A DNA stretch of 64,000 bases, taken from positions 3,038,001-3,102,000 of the forward strand of contig CATNEN010000031.1 of assembly GCA_950097015.1 (NCBI GenBank), given 5' to 3'. A program made the position numbers and the translations under genes. The notes beneath the pieces are model-generated. The model made no database searches. It was not told where the DNA came from and saw only the letters and a list, made by a program, of their open reading frames with translations. Positions within the stretch are counted from its first letter, which is position 1. Each line of letters begins with the position of its first letter. The DNA is from Macrostomum hystrix (lineage: Eukaryota > Animalia > Platyhelminthes). Shown piece by piece: positions 61,901 to 64,000 of this stretch.

Positions 61901-62511
61901 TTCAATGAGAGTGAATAGTTTCTCATTGAATAGATAATTATTTCCTTTCCAGGAAAGCGCCTTTGGGGCCGCTCATTTGCCCAGTACTGCGGCAACGATT
62001 GCGTCGCTAGCAACGCTAACAACATAACTCACAGCTCGGAGTTGCACCTGCTGCTCACCTTCCAGACAGATGTGTACAATCCTAATCTGCCGCAGAAATA
62101 CCGCGGCTTTCTGGCCCGCTACCGCTGCATTGAGTACGGTAAGCGGCCGACTCAAGACTGCTCAATTATTGAGAATAGCAGAATTCAATGCGTTCTTAGC
62201 AAATTGGTGGATGAATAGGATAGATTGCTAGCCTAGCCTTTAGTTAGAGGAGTAGAATGTTCCATAAAAAGTCCATAATTCCATAAAAAATTCCATAAAT
62301 TTAATAAATAAGCAAAAGTGTGTAGACGCTGAGAGTAGTATATAAAGCATTTTAACACTATTTCTCTTCGTTAGAGACGGCAGCCTTTGATGCGCTAGTC
62401 CTTGGCCCGGCTAATTATCTGCTCATAGCTGCCAGCTGCTGCCTGCTCCTGATTTTCACCAGCGCCGCAGTGACTCTGTCTTTGCGCGAGTACCGCAGAA
62501 CCATTCACTGA
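58925..62511 (+). CDS. Small type I membrane protein: signal peptide, single CUB domain, TM helix, very short tail; about 222 aa (exons 58925-58985, 59873-60008, 60584-60732, 61953-62138, 62375-62511)
   Basis: Signal peptide [21 protein letters not shown] motifs [44 protein letters not shown] and RGFLARY. TM segment [23 protein letters not shown], then REYRRTIH*. All four introns are GT-AG and phase-consistent. Confidence 0.82.
59160..59830. repeat. 20-bp G-rich minisatellite (AG[G/A]GTAGGAAATAGGGTAGG)n in CUB-gene intron 1
   Basis: Direct reading. Confidence 0.95.
60120..60415. repeat. 20-bp minisatellite (CCTGTCACTCCTAACTAGAT)n in CUB-gene intron 2
   Basis: Direct reading. Confidence 0.95.
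60738..61690. repeat. 12-bp minisatellite (CCACAGTCTATG)n, about 79 copies, in CUB-gene intron 3
   Basis: Starts 5 nt after the GTAAG donor. Confidence 0.97.
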
Positions 62512-62609
62512 CTATCGAGGCATCAATTGTCGAACAAGTTGTCAATATTTAAAATTGATTTGTAAATCAACAGAAAAAGATTAGAATAAATTGAATATTT
62601 CAAGTAATT

Positions 62610-63525
62610 TCTAGGAATGACGAGTCAATTTCTAGGAATGACAAGTCGATTTCTATGAAATTACAAGTCGATTTCTAGGAAGGACAAGTCGATTTCTAGG
62701 AAGGACAAGTCGATTTCTAGGAAGGACAAGTCGATTTCTAGGAATGACAAGTCGATTTCTATGAAATTACAAGTCGATTTCTAGGAAGGACAAGTCGATT
62801 TCTAGGAATGACAAGTCGTTTCTAGTAATGACAAGTCGATTTCTAGGAATGACAACTCGATTTCTAGGAATAACAATCCTATTCCTAGTAATGACAAGTC
62901 GATTTCTAGGAATGAAAAGTCGATTTCAAGGAATGACAATTCAGAAATTAACTTTATCAATCTAAAAACTGTCTTAAATTGTTTTTTACTAAGTTTAGTT
63001 GCAAATAAAATAAGAATTATTGTTCCTTTCGTTGCTTATTTCCTGCTCTGAAGAAGCGACACATTTAGACATAGGGTTAGGGTTAGGGTTAGGTTTAGGT
63101 TTAGATTTTGGTTCTATCATTACTACAAGTAAGTAGTTACGCAAAGTAATTTACTTTTATAAAAATAGAGCTTCAGCAAAATTATTACGAGAAAAGGTTT
63201 CTGTATCTAGATGGATATATCTAGAAAGCACCAACATAAAAGTGCAGGCTTAATTAATTGGCATCAATTGAATTTGGCAGGCCAGTGTTTGACGCATCAA
63301 TTCTTTGCAAGCTAGCTGCAGTTACACTTTATTAACATTACATAGATTATACACTCGCACTTTCTATTTATTTTCTGCATTTTGTGCACCGATTTCAAGT
63401 CGATTTCTAGGAATGACAACTCGATTTCTAGGAATGACAACTCGATTTCTAGGAATGACAGGACGATTTCTAGGAATGACAACTCGATTTCTAGGAATGA
63501 CAGGACGATTTCTAGGAATGAGAAT
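62610..63525. repeat. 21-bp repeat (TCGATTTCTAGGAATGACAAG)n in two blocks (62610-62938, 63395-63525)
   Basis: Direct reading. Confidence 0.9.
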
Positions 63526-64000
63526 TCTTGGAATGAATGTCATTTAACATAAATCCAGTTTATCGGGTTTCTTTAACACAATTAAACAGTTTTCTACAGA
63601 TTTTGTGTACATCAAACTATTTGATTTCTTATTGAGCAAAATTTTGTTTATGGAAACGATGGTAATTATAAATAACTAGTAACAATATCTTTTTTGCTTG
63701 CATTGTTACGTAAATAGAGATTCCGCAATATTATAAGTTTCTGTTGCCAGTAGAAATTTCTATTACTTTTTTATCGATAGTCGTTCTTTCCCAAATTAAG
63801 TGGGGAATAAAGCCTATGGCTGTCACTTAGCCTTCAAACTTCTTTCCCAACAGTTAAACAACAATGGCAAAGTGAGAGGAGCAAAGCAAGAGTTTTTAGA
63901 CTAGAGAGGAGGAAAGCGAGGGTGGGAATGAGAGCAAGCACAAGCGAGTTGAGCATGTGCGGAGAGAGAAAATCGGTTTCGTTGCCATAGCAACAAGGAG

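Noticed and set aside
63070-63098. TTAGGG-like telomeric repeats
   Set aside because: Only about 3 perfect units, degenerating into TTTAGG; too short to call an interstitial telomere.

Overview
This is eukaryotic (animal) genomic DNA. It has GC-rich, poly-Ala/poly-Gly-rich exons with GT-AG introns, AT-rich intergenic DNA and an unusually high load of minisatellites. That texture suggests a Macrostomum-like free-living flatworm, but this is inference only. Gene models were built by hand from the ORF track plus splice sites. Bases 1-26.4 kb hold five tightly packed genes, all linked to endosomal traffic: dynein light intermediate chain (+, 5' end outside the window); a co-oriented minus-strand trio CLEC16A > STAMBP/AMSH > GAPVD1; and RNF11 (+), head-to-head with CLEC16A. 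CLEC16A, STAMBP, GAPVD1 and RNF11 each have a 3' splice acceptor just upstream of the start codon, which fits a trans-spliced operon-like cluster. The rest of the window holds an orphan 4-TM gene, a probable decayed multi-exon gene at about 32.6-46.7 kb, a peptide GPCR and a small single-CUB type I membrane protein. Mobile elements are a young intact Ty3/Gypsy LTR element inserted in a satellite, a deleted Tc1/mariner element, a hAT MITE and six copies of a tRNA-derived SINE. There are more than 25 distinct tandem arrays. Many abut splice sites, and one is a 9-fold duplication of an intron/exon junction. No prokaryotic features or CRISPR arrays were found. Homology calls come from remembered family motifs, not database searches.
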